Part shown: in pieces, positions 1-10,172 of the stretch
Position numbering within the stretch: the stretch's first letter is position 1
Layout of the letters: each line of letters begins with the position of its first letter
Assembly (NCBI GenBank): GCA_016618085.1
Contig: JABLTG010000043.1
Coordinates: 62,001-116,451 of the forward strand
Source: Neovahlkampfia damariscottae
Taxonomy: Eukaryota
DNA length: 54,451 bases
Direction: 5' to 3'
The notes under the pieces: model-generated
Database searches by the model: none
What the model was told of the DNA's origin: nothing
The model's input: only the letters and a program-made list of their open reading frames with translations
Made by a program: the position numbers and the translations under genes

Positions 1-1
1 T

Positions 2-772
2 CCACACGATAACAAGCAAAAATATATATTAACAGTAATTGATGTATTTTCAAGACACGCAGATGCTGAACCAGTCTTAACTAAAACACTGAATAAAATA
101 GTAGAAGCATTAAAAAAGATATATCAAAGAAATTATTTGAATATTCCAAAACACTTTTTGCAAGTTGATAGTGACTCAGAATTTAAAGGTGTATTTAATA
201 AATTTGCAAAAGATAATAAAATTGGAATTCGTCGCTCATTGCCTAACTGTCATAGAACACAAGCAGTAGTTGAAAGTTTTAACAGTATTCTTGGTAAAAT
301 TATATTCGAGTTACAAACCATTGAAGAATTAAAAACTAAACAAACCAATAGAAAATGGACAGCAAATTTACCTCTAATTGTTGAAGAATACAACAAACAA
401 ATTGAGGAAAAGAAACCAAGAAAACCAGAAAAAAAACTAGCAAAATGTCAAGGAGTTGCTTGTAAATTATTAGAAACTGGTGATAAAGTAAGAGTTGCTT
501 TGGATTTTCCAATAGATCTAGCAACTGGAAAAAAACTTGATACAAAATTTAGAAAAACAGATATTAGATGGAGTGAAGAACTCCACGAAATTGAAAATAT
601 AATATTAGCACCAAATCAGCCACCATTATATCAATTAAAAGGAATTCCAGCAAATTATACAAAAAATCAATTAAGAAAGGTAGAAACACCAAAAGTCGAA
701 CGAAAGATGGTCAAAAATATATTGGTTCAACAATTGTTAAAACAAGAAAAAAAAATATATAGATTTTTTTAA
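2..772 (+). CDS. rve (retroviral-type DDE) integrase, Polinton/Mavirus-like, 5'-truncated by the window
   Basis: Frame is open from nt 2: KYILTVIDVFSRHA..LQVDSDSEF..QAVVESFN, then GDKVRVAL..RWSEELHEI..PPLYQL, typical of the Polinton integrase C-terminal region. Confidence 0.9.
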   Translation, partial: PHDNKQKYILTVIDVFSRHADAEPVLTKTLNKIVEALKKIYQRNYLNIPKHFLQVDSDSEFKGVFNKFAKDNKIGIRRSLPNCHRTQAVVESFNSILGKIIFELQTIEELKTKQTNRKWTANLPLIVEEYNKQIEEKKPRKPEKKLAKCQGVACKLLETGDKVRVALDFPIDLATGKKLDTKFRKTDIRWSEELHEIENIILAPNQPPLYQLKGIPANYTKNQLRKVETPKVERKMVKNILVQQLLKQEKKIYRFF

Positions 773-794
773 ATATAAAAACTACTTAAAAAAA
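771..794 (+). promoter_or_regulatory. Putative viral promoter motif AAATATAAAAACTACTTAAAAAAA, copy 1
   Basis: Identical 24-mer at 3003-3026; both copies lie 25-33 nt upstream of an ATG. Confidence 0.6.
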
Positions 795-818
795 TATCTC
801 AATATTAATATATAGAAA

Positions 819-2490
819 ATGTTATTAAAAGATATTAAATTTGTTAAAGAAGATTTATTGAGTTATGAAGAATTAAAAAAAGTCATTACAGAAAAAATTA
901 TATTTAATAAAACAAAAATAATATCCACAAAATTGAATAAAACATTAATAATTCAAGGAAATGAATTTTATTTGTATGACAGAAAATTAAAGTTGTATAA
1001 AAAGCAAACGTATAAAGATAAGGAACAATGCAATAACGGAGTAATTTATATTGTATCTTTGTTGATAAAAGAATCTTATGAAAATTTAGAACAAGTTTCT
1101 AAAGACAATCTGGAAACTTATAAAAAAGGTTTTGAAGCGATTTTCCAAAATGGAAGTATTTTAAAGTATTTTCCTCAATTGAAGGTTGAATTAACAAATA
1201 GAAAGAATTTTGATAAACAGTATATAAATGAAATTCACTTTTTGAATGGATATTTTGATTTAAAAAACGGAGAATTTAAAGAAAGAGAAGAATATTGCAG
1301 AATTACAGATTGTATTAACAGAAATTACAAAAAACCAAAAAAAGATTCAATGAAAAAAGTGAAAGAATTAATGAGTATAATATATCCAAATGAAGATGAT
1401 AAAAATTATTTAATGATGACTATAGCAACAGCATTATGTGGAATTGCAACAATGGATCAGTCAATTTTGTTTCTTTTGGGTAAAGGATCATCAAGAAAAT
1501 CAACTGTAATGAAAATGTTAAAAAATTCAATTGGAATGTATTTTGTAGAATTAAAATCTGATACTTTTGTGATGGGAAATTAAAAAGCTAACAAAATATT
1601 AAATACCTTATTAGAAAAACCACACGCAAGGCTAATATGGGTGAATGAGTTAGCAGATAAAAAAATTGATAATTTATTATTTAAATCTGTATGTGAAGGA
1701 ACAGCACAAACCACAAGATTATTTCAAGATGGAATTATAGAAATCCAAATGAATTCTTTAATTATGATTACAGCAAATACATTTCCAAGCATTAAAATAG
1801 ATTCTGGAGTTATTCACCATATTAAATCACATACTCATATGTCAGAATTTGTTGATGAAGAAAATAAAATGGACAAAGAAAATAATATTTATTTGAAAGA
1901 CAAATATTTAGAAGAAAAAATGAGAGATATTGAGATGTCAAATGCATTTTTAAAATATATTGCAAATTATGCAAAGAAATATTACAAAGGAATAAGATAT
2001 GAAGCAACACAAAATTTTAAAGATACAAAAGAATGTATTACAAGTCCAAATGATAATTCAAGATTATATTGATGTAAATTTAATTATTACAGAAGATGAA
2101 AAAGCTAGAATTGGAAGGGATGAAATGATACAAAATTTTAAATTTACAAATCCAAAATCATTGATTACTTGTATGCAATTAATTAACAGTTTAAAAGATA
2201 AGAGTATTAGATATGAAGGAACATTCAGATACAAAAAATTAAAAGGTTGTTATCTTGGTGTTAAATTTAGTGATAACAATGAATCAGATTCAGAAAGTGA
2301 TAATGAAGATAAACCAAATTATAAAACCAAATATGATAATTTATTAATTAAATATTAAGAACTTGAAAGAAAATACACCCAATTAAAAATTAAACCAAAA
2401 ATTATTAAAGATATCCAACAAGAAAGCAAAAAGAAAATCAAAAAAGATGAAAAAGAAGATGAAGAACCATTAATTGTTAATTTTTTGTAA
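819..2490 (+). pseudogene. D5-like superfamily 3 helicase
   Basis: IHFLNGYFDLKNGEF (D5_N-like), Walker A GKGSSRKST, Walker B LIWVNE, motif C ITANTFP. In-frame stops at 1581 and 2356, frameshift near 2055. Confidence 0.88.
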
Positions 2491-2549
2491 CTTAATTTTT
2501 TAAATATAAAGAATATATAAAAAATTAAAATATATAGTTATAATATATA

Positions 2550-2945
2550 ATGGAAAAAAAATCAAAACGGATTTAAATTTGCTGAAGAAAATGAAGAAAA
2601 TAATCTCACTGAAGAAGAATGAGAAGAAGCACAAATTGCACTTAATTCTTACAAATTGAAAGCAAAACCTATAGGATGTTATTCTTTTGTTAAAAATGAG
2701 GATGGTTTCTGTTTTGTTCCTGACAAACTTTTAACGCATTAACTCATTTAGAGTTTGGTAGATGTTTCAATCATTCAATAGATAAATTACCAAATTCATT
2801 AAAATATTTAGAATTAGGAAAAAATTTTAATCACCCAATAAATAAGTTACCTAAATCATTAGAATGTTTAATTGTAAATGTAAATTATAAAAAATCTGTG
2901 AATTTACCTAAATCAGTGAAAATAAAAAAATTGGAATTGGATTGA
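2550..2945 (+). pseudogene. FNIP-repeat protein (not in the ORF track)
   Basis: 2739-2945 reads LTHLEFGRCFNHSIDKLPNSLKYLELGKNFNHPINKLPKSLECL; the upstream part has frameshifts and a TGA at 2620. Confidence 0.8.
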
Positions 2946-3002
2946 AGATACTGTAAAAATGGAACTCTATCAAAATGGTATCTTAATTGATAAAAAATAT
3001 TA

Positions 3003-3026
3003 AAATATAAAAACTACTTAAAAAAA
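3003..3026 (+). promoter_or_regulatory. Putative viral promoter motif, copy 2
   Basis: Exact repeat of 771-794, upstream of ATG 3059. Confidence 0.6.
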
Positions 3027-3058
3027 AATTAATATATAGTATTAATAATATATTAATA

Positions 3059-3284
3059 ATGGAACAAAAATATCATAAATATTTTACCAAAAATAAAAAA
3101 AACGGAAGATATTAAAAAATACAGAAAAGAATATTATAAAAATAACAGAGAGAAATTTTACAACAAGATAGAATGCAAGTATTGTGATTGTAGAATTTTA
3201 TATAACAATAAAAGTAACCATAAAACCACAAAACATAAAAAAAATGTTGAAATTTATAATTTTAAATCTAATGCAAATATATAA
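3059..3284 (+). pseudogene. Small Zn-ribbon/C2H2-like protein of virophage/giant-virus type
   Basis: KEYYKNNREKFYNKIECKYCDCRILYNNKSNHKTTKH; frameshifted from ATG 3059. Confidence 0.65.
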
Positions 3285-3285
3285 G

Positions 3286-3591
3286 ATGGTAAAGAAAATC
3301 AGAGCAACACCAGTGAAAGAACACAAGAAAAAAAAAGATAAAATGGAGATTGAAATTGATAAATTAAAAAAAGAACAAAAGGAACGAAAAAAAAAAATAA
3401 AAGAATAAGAAAGAGAAATCAAAAAAATATCCAAAGAATTTAAAAATTTGGAACCAAAGAAACCATATTGTGGCATAAAACCTTTAAAAAAAAATCAACG
3501 TGAAGCAACAGACAAAGAATGTTACAAAATGGAGCAATTACGCAATTGGGGTAAAAAAGCCACAACAATTAAAAAACTCTTATCAAATTAA
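3286..3591 (+). pseudogene. Small basic viral protein with a YCGI..EC..QLRNWG motif
   Basis: One frame with an internal TAA at 3406; C-terminal PYCGIKPLKKNQREATDKECYKMEQLRNWGKK. Confidence 0.55.
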
Positions 3592-3616
3592 TATTTTATA
3601 ATCAATAGAATATTAA
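3588..3616. terminator. Hairpin between convergent viral genes
   Basis: TTAATATTTTAT-aatca-ATAGAATATTAA, 12-bp stem with one G.T pair, overlapping both stop codons. Confidence 0.55.
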
Positions 3617-3867
3617 GAAGAGTTATTATTTAATATATCCATAATTTTATTAATATTTTCATTTTGTTTGTCAATTTCAATTTTATGGGTGCTTTTGGTT
3701 TCGTGTAGTTCAGTTTGTAGTTCTTTAACAGATTTCATTTCAACCAAACCACCAAGACAAGAACTTTTTTGAATATTTTTGATGAAATAAGCAGCAGCAA
3801 GAACAAAAGGGCTAATTGTTGTTGATACCAATGTTATTATGCCAATTATCAATGTAGCGGTTTCCAT
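3613..3867 (-). CDS. Small viral membrane protein
   Basis: N-terminal hydrophobic helix followed by KSSCLGG and a coiled tail; preceded by AATATATA. Confidence 0.6.
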   Translation of the reverse strand: METATLIIGIITLVSTTISPFVLAAAYFIKNIQKSSCLGGLVEMKSVKELQTELHETKSTHKIEIDKQNENINKIMDILNNNSS

Positions 3868-3902
3868 AATTATATATTAATCAAACATTTTAAAAAATAA
3901 AT

Positions 3903-5700
3903 TTACAATTGAAGAGATGCAAAATGAAGAGTAATATCTGGTGATGTTTGTGTGCTACATTGCAATTCAAATATTGCTGGACCAGCTGGAATATTACTAA
4001 ATGAAGATAAAGTTAAAATTTTATTGAAACCACCAGAAGCAAATGAAGCACTTTTTGCAATTGTTTGACTGTTTGTTACATCTTGTAATTTGATACTAAC
4101 AAGAAATCCACCAAATGCACTATAAGCAACAAACAAGTTTGACATAAAGTCACCAAGATTATTTGTACCACCATAAAGGAAATTTGAAACTCTAACATAT
4201 GACCCTGTACTTGTGTTGAAGTTTGAAGCTAATCCCATATTTATAATTCTTTGATCAACATCACACAGAGTTCCAGTTTTTGGTTGAAGAAAATGATTAT
4301 ATACAGAACTTGGAGCTACTGCACTTGTAAGTACATAATCATTACCACTATTTTCTTTTAAAATAATGGAACTACCAGATTTAATTTCTCCTAATGAGTA
4401 TATTGAACCTTCTACATATAATTTTGAATTTTTAGATAACACATTTGCCCTTGTTTGGTCACTTACACACACAAGAGCGTTTGGAGTTGCCTTAGCATTC
4501 AACCAAAGAACATTTCACACAAGTGGTGAAATTTGATGTCCTCCTATTTGTGGTTTATGCTCACCAGACTCTTCATATGTCCTGCCACAACCATATAATT
4601 ACTGATATTATTTCTAAATTCAGCAGTCCAATTATCAGTCGCTGCAGTTGTAAATCTAGTACCAAGATTTGAAAGTGTTCCAAAATTGATTATTTGATCA
4701 CCCACTGCGTCAATACTAATATTTGCACCTGTTTTTGAAACAATATCATTTGTTTCAAGAATAGCTCTTGTTCATACTGATATTTCCAGTTGATGTTAAA
4801 ACCTTTGAATTAAGTGTTTGAGTACCGTTTGTCATAACAAAATCAGAATCGGCACCAATATCGGTAATGGTGTAAATTCTATTGGAAGATGGTTGAGGAA
4901 CGTTTACTGATGTTGTTGTTCCAGTTGCATTATGTTGGGAAACAATTTGATTAGAAACACCATAGATTTGTGAAGTAAAAGAGCCAGCATAACCAGTTGT
5001 AAATGAATTTCCATCAACATATAATTTTGCACTTACAGTTGTAGCTTTTGAAGCTTCTACATTTCCCATAATTGTAGGAGTTGTTGAATCCAATGCACCA
5101 CACCATAGAAGCAAATAAGTTCCAAAATCTGGACGAATTCCACATAAAGTCGGCTTTTAAGCACCTGATAGTTGTCTTATACCCATTGCAAGTCTTGTAT
5201 CGTCCATTGCACTCATTAACGCATATGTCCAAGCAATATCAGTAAGCGCTTGAAATGTAATACCACCATCGTATAATGTTGTGAATCTAACTTTTCCAGT
5301 TCCATTTGCATCAAATACCAAGTCATCATTTATACTGATTGAAGTTATCAAATTTGTTTCAATTTTTTCATTTGCTTTTAATTGATGAACTTCCGCCTTG
5401 TATTTACTTGAATCAGCACCATCTTGATAAACTATAGGTTGGAAATTAATTCAATATCCAGTATTTAAAGGGATATTTATGTCCCCAGTAACACCTACTT
5501 CACTTACACTGTCTTTTATTTTGTTGGTTCCATCACCAATAATAATTTTATTTGTAGTCAATACATTTGCTGGTGTTCTTTGTATATATTCATTAAGAGA
5601 AGCCATAGTAACTCCAGCAAATGTTGGTAAATTTTCACAAGTTAAATCTTTTAGTTTTAAATGAATTCCGTTTCCTTCTTCAGTTGCTATTTTAAGCATT
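3903..5700 (-). pseudogene. Fibre/receptor-binding-like virion protein (~600 codons)
   Basis: ORFs 5451-5792, 5157-5351, 4755-5114 and 3903-4502 share a frame. They are split by stops and frameshifts. G/S/T/N-rich beta-like sequence with a TNGTQTLNSKVLTS motif and two KLYV[DE]G repeats. Confidence 0.6.
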
Positions 5701-5754
5701 AAAAAAAATAAACTAGAGATTTTATTTTTTTCGAACTGAATTATTATTTTCTTA

Positions 5755-7530
5755 ATGTATATTATAATTAAGAATTTAAACAAAGAAGGCAATGCATCTT
5801 TATCAGCAGTTCCGTTAAAATTAACAAACAGTATTTCAGAATGGGCTGATTTAAAATCAGAAAGAGAGTTCAGTGTATTGCACGGTAATACAGATTACTC
5901 AAGAACAATTTTTACATCATCCAATAATTCATCTGCTGGGGTGACAGTAAATTGCTCACCTCCATCAGCAGATACAATGATTCATCCAATAGCTTGGAAA
6001 AAGGCAAAATGGATATTAACATTTGTATTTTCAAATGCTACAAATGCAAATATTAATGATCCATTTGGGACAAAAGCAGCTTCAAATTTTTGTTTGAGAC
6101 AATATCCTTTGAAACAAATATTACAAAATGAAAAATTAAAAATAAATGGAAACTGTTATGCAGTTTCAAAAGCTTCTAGCTATTGAAACGCATTTTACAG
6201 GTTTGCTAACTTTGTTGATGATAAAGTTAATGAATACAGTTTAACTTCAAACCAGTTAAATGAATTCTATAATTACAGTGATGCCTCTTTAACAGCTAAA
6301 AATCCATTCGCTCAATATGGAAATCAACAAATAGGAGAATCAAGATTTGCATTCAATTGTGATTGTTCAACACTTGTTAGTAATGCCTCTGAGAATGTAA
6401 ATATTTTGGCAAAAGGTAGTCAAGCACCATATATCAATGCAACTTTAACTTTCACTTTTGAAGTTATGGAACCAATCAAAATCTCCCCAAGGTATTATTC
6501 ACAATATGCACTTCACGGGGTTAAAGATATGATATATTTTGCTTCATTTGCAAATCACTCAAGAATGTTTTGTATAAAAAATGGTGCATTTCCAGCAAAT
6601 GTAACTCTCAACTCAGTTTCTACTAAACTTGATGAATTTGATTTACATTTTGCTTATTCAACACCAAAACTTCTTTCTGATATCCCTAATAGTACTGTTT
6701 ATCTATACCAATTTGTGGATTATTATTCAAAAGAAGCTTCATCAGCAATAACAAGTGATGCAACTGTTCAAAAATTATTATTCAATGCAGTTAATTTAAG
6801 TTCTGTTCCTAGAAAACTAATAATATGGGTATTTAAAAAAGAATTTGACATTATTGAAGCTAATCTCAGTAACTATGAAAAAACAAATACCTCAAAATCT
6901 ATTATAACAAACATAAATATCACTTATGCAAATAAACAAGGTATTATGTTTGAAGCATCTGAAAGAGATATTTTTGAAATTTCAAAGAAAAATTATCTTT
7001 TAGGTTTATCATATTCTCAAACTGCTAAATGGGTCAGTTCATATGTTTGTCTCAACTTTGATGAAGAAATTCCAGTCTTTGAAGCTTAAACACTAGGAAC
7101 ATTAGCAAACCCTCAATTATCTTTTAATGTTCTATTTAAATGTGTTCCAAGTTGAGGTAATAGAACTTATTAATTAAACATAGCAATTATATATGAAAGT
7201 ACTTGCACAATTATTAAAAATTCTAGTGCAATTAAACAATTACCAGTTTTATCTGCTGAGGATGTTATTGTATCAATACAAAAAAAATATGATGTTGTTT
7301 TTTCAAGTAAATATGCAAGTAACAACTATAGTGAAAAAATGTCAAAAAGTTCATTGTTGTCAATATTATCATCAATTTTACTTATTGCAAGAATGATTTG
7401 TTAAGAAATACAAAAAGGTGCTTCAATAGTAAAAAGTGTAGTAGATGTTGTAAAAAAAATAAGTTTTGGTGAAAGTGGAAGTGTTGTTGTAAAAAAGAAA
7501 AAAGGTGGAAAAATAAAAACAAGAAATTAA
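5755..7530 (+). pseudogene. Virophage major capsid protein (double jelly-roll, Sputnik V20-like)
   Basis: Single frame of ~590 codons with stops at 6184, 7087, 7153, 7171 and 7402. Motifs SAVPL..EREFSVLHG, CSPPSADT, LRQYPL..ING, STPKL..IP, NAVNLSSVPRKLIIWV, NITYANKQGIM and VCLNF run collinear with the Sputnik MCP as recalled. Confidence 0.88.
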
Positions 7531-7559
7531 TTAAATGGTGAAATGTATTAAATTTATTC

Positions 7560-7592
7560 ATTATAATTTGTTAAAAGTTGATAAATTATAAT
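7560..7592. terminator. Hairpin between convergent MCP and penton
   Basis: ATTATAATTTGTTAA-aag-TTGATAAATTATAAT, 15-bp stem with two G.T pairs. Confidence 0.65.
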
Positions 7593-7596
7593 ATAC

Positions 7597-8095
7597 TTAA
7601 TCAAATTGTTTAAATACTAATTTAACTGTTATTAAACTATCTGGTGGAACTTTAAGAGGAAATAAACAACTATGGACATCAAAATAATAAATTTGTAAAT
7701 TAATATTTTTTATCTCTTTTGAACTTTCTGAATCAATCCATTCAAATTCACTGACAGTATAATTTTGAATACTTCTTAAATGTAAATGCATCTTGGTTTT
7801 TTAAACTTATTTCAAAATTTTTTAATATTTTTTCATTAGTAAATGATGTCGAAGATTGAAAATTAAAAGTATTATTTAAATATTCAACTCTTATTGGTAA
7901 TGCACTTAATGTAAATATTATGTTTCTGACTTGATGTAATTATAAATAGTGCAATAGTATCCTTCAACTAAAACTGTATCAACTCCAATACTATTGTTTA
8001 TTGTATAATTTCTTGTTTGAATAACTTCATTTTTTACATTATTTCCACCTGAATAATAAACATCTATTTTAAAATCTCTTCCTTGGTTTAAATTT
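7597..8095 (-). pseudogene. Virophage minor capsid (penton) protein, C-terminal part only
   Basis: IIFTLSALPIRVEY..ILKNFE..EFEWID..INLQIYYFDVHSCLFPLKVPPDSLITVKLVFK, the characteristic virophage penton C-terminus; two frameshifts. Confidence 0.78.
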
Positions 8096-8548
8096 GATTT
8101 TGTAATGTTTGTTTTTTACACGATTTATGCAATGAAATCCACAAGTTTGAACTGGAAGTGATTTAAACTGAAATTTGTAATGATTAAATGATAATTTATA
8201 TGGAGACTTAAATAATAACCAACTTAAATATGTCTGATTTTGTTTAAATTTACAATTTACTTTATAATCACTGAATTTGAATTGTTTATCTGGAAATAAT
8301 CCATATGGGTCAAAAAACTCAACTTTTTTATCAGAAATCTTATTTAAACAACAATAATGCCCGTAATTATCATTTTGCATATACATTTTAATCACACTTC
8401 CGTTATTCATATGTAATAAATGCTTAAGTGTCTCATAATTATATAATTCCGGATATATTACTAATTTATAACCTGATATTTGTTGAATCTGTGAATTTAA
8501 TAGGGGATATTGTTTTAATTTTTCTATTTTTTCCTTTAAATCTGCCAT
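8069..8548 (-). CDS. Virophage cysteine maturation protease (adenain/Ulp1-like), probably C-terminally truncated
   Basis: Catalytic motifs YGHYCCL, EFFDPYG, FQ..QTCGFHC. Confidence 0.88.
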   Translation of the reverse strand: MADLKEKIEKLKQYPLLNSQIQQISGYKLVIYPELYNYETLKHLLHMNNGSVIKMYMQNDNYGHYCCLNKISDKKVEFFDPYGLFPDKQFKFSDYKVNCKFKQNQTYLSWLLFKSPYKLSFNHYKFQFKSLPVQTCGFHCINRVKNKHYKIKFKPRKRF

Positions 8549-8681
8549 TTATATATTTAACATATAAAAGTTTTTTTTTCATCAAATTTTGTTTAAACAA
8601 TCAAAAAATAAGAATTTTTATGAAAAATTACAAGTTTTTTTGTAATTTGAAATAAATTTATATATTGTTATATTTTATAGA

Positions 8682-9694
8682 ATGTTATCAATTGGTCAAA
8701 AAATAAACAAATATGTTAAAGTTATAACTTATATAAGAGGTGGAGAAAATGATGGAAATGTTATTTTTTTAAATAACAAAAATTTAGATGCAACTTTGGA
8801 GGAAAAACAAAAATATGAAAAAATGAAAAATAAAAAACAAATTAATATTTATGAACATTTATCTGAAACAGAATTAAGAAAATTAATGAAACAAGTTTAT
8901 GGTCAATCAATTAGATTAAATTTAAAGGATTATAAAATTCTTACTAAATTATTATCTAAAAATATTGAACCTCAAGATGAAAGATTAAAAAAAATGTATG
9001 ATTTGTTAAAAACTGAAATAAAATTAAAATCTGAAGAAAATAAAGAAATTATTGTTTATGATGGATTTATACAACAAATACCAAGGAAAAATGATGATGG
9101 AAATGTTATTTGGAGACAATATGTTGCTGCACCTTCAGAAAGTGGAAAATCAACTTATTTGGCATCTTTAATTAAAGAATACAAACAATTAAAACCAAAA
9201 GCAAATATTTATTTATTTTCTGATACTCCAAAAGATGAAAAAATTGATAAGTTAGGAATTATAAGAATTTTATTGGATGATGAATAAATCGCAAATCCAA
9301 TTGAAGCTGATGAATTAATGGGACCGACTGAAGCTGGACATCATTCACTTGTAATTTTTGATGATATTGATAGTATTATTGATAAAAAATTGTTCAAACA
9401 AGTTTCTGTTTTAAGAGACCAAATTTTACAAAAAGGAAGACATTATTTTATCAGCTGTATAGTTACAAATCACAAATTAACAGATTACAAAAATACTGCA
9501 ATTATTCTTAATGAAGCACAATACATTACATTATTTCCAAAAGCTACAAGCAAACATCATTTTCATTACATATTATTCACTTAATGTTAAATGATGAAAT
9601 TGATAGAACATATAAATTACCAACAAGGTGGATTACAATATCAAAATTATTCCCAAGATACATTATGTATCAATCTGGTATCTATGTGCTTTAA
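8682..9694 (+). pseudogene. A32/FtsK-HerA-family DNA packaging ATPase
   Basis: Walker A APSESGKST, Walker B LVIFDDID, ILQKGRH, ILNEA and C-terminal LPTRWITISKLFPRYIMY. Stop at 9285, frameshift near 9585. Confidence 0.9.
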
Positions 9695-9743
9695 ATTGAA
9701 ATACATAGATTTTATCAATTTTATTTTATTATATTAATATATA

Positions 9744-10172
9744 ATGAAACAAAAAACTTCGAAACATATTGTTATGCCATTAATTGGTGGAGGGGCAGGA
9801 GATGATTATATTGAATCAATTTTAAAAGGTAAAAAAAAAATATATGAAAATTTAAGATTTTATTTCAAGGAAGCAATTAAAAATAATAAGATACAAAAAG
9901 AAGATTATTCTTTGAAAAACTTCAAGCTTTATCGAGATTATTTAGATAGTGAATCAAATAATAAAAATAGAATTCCAAGAACAAGAAATACAATGGCCGA
10001 TATTATGAATAATCAAGTTGATTTAATTATAAAAGAAGCAGAAAAAAGAGAAAAAGAAGAAAATAAAAAAGTGAATGATGATGTTGTAAAAATGAAACAA
10101 CAAATGGATAAGTTAGAGAACGAAAGAAAAGCAAAACAAGTAATTTCTAACGTATTAAAAAATCAAAAATAG
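9744..10172 (+). CDS. Hypothetical basic viral protein
   Basis: Intronless ORF preceded by AATATATA-ATG; LIGGG near the N-terminus. Confidence 0.5.
   Translation: MKQKTSKHIVMPLIGGGAGDDYIESILKGKKKIYENLRFYFKEAIKNNKIQKEDYSLKNFKLYRDYLDSESNNKNRIPRTRNTMADIMNNQVDLIIKEAEKREKEENKKVNDDVVKMKQQMDKLENERKAKQVISNVLKNQK

Noticed and set aside
703..762. GIY-YIG remnant (KDGQKYIGST) in an alternative frame at the integrase end
   Set aside because: Too short, no upstream GIY motif, and a stop follows shortly.
819..9694. Stop-codon reassignment or readthrough explaining the in-frame stops in viral genes
   Set aside because: Both TAA and TGA occur, frameshifts and Walker A substitutions co-occur, and the same codons terminate genes normally. 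Decay explains it better.
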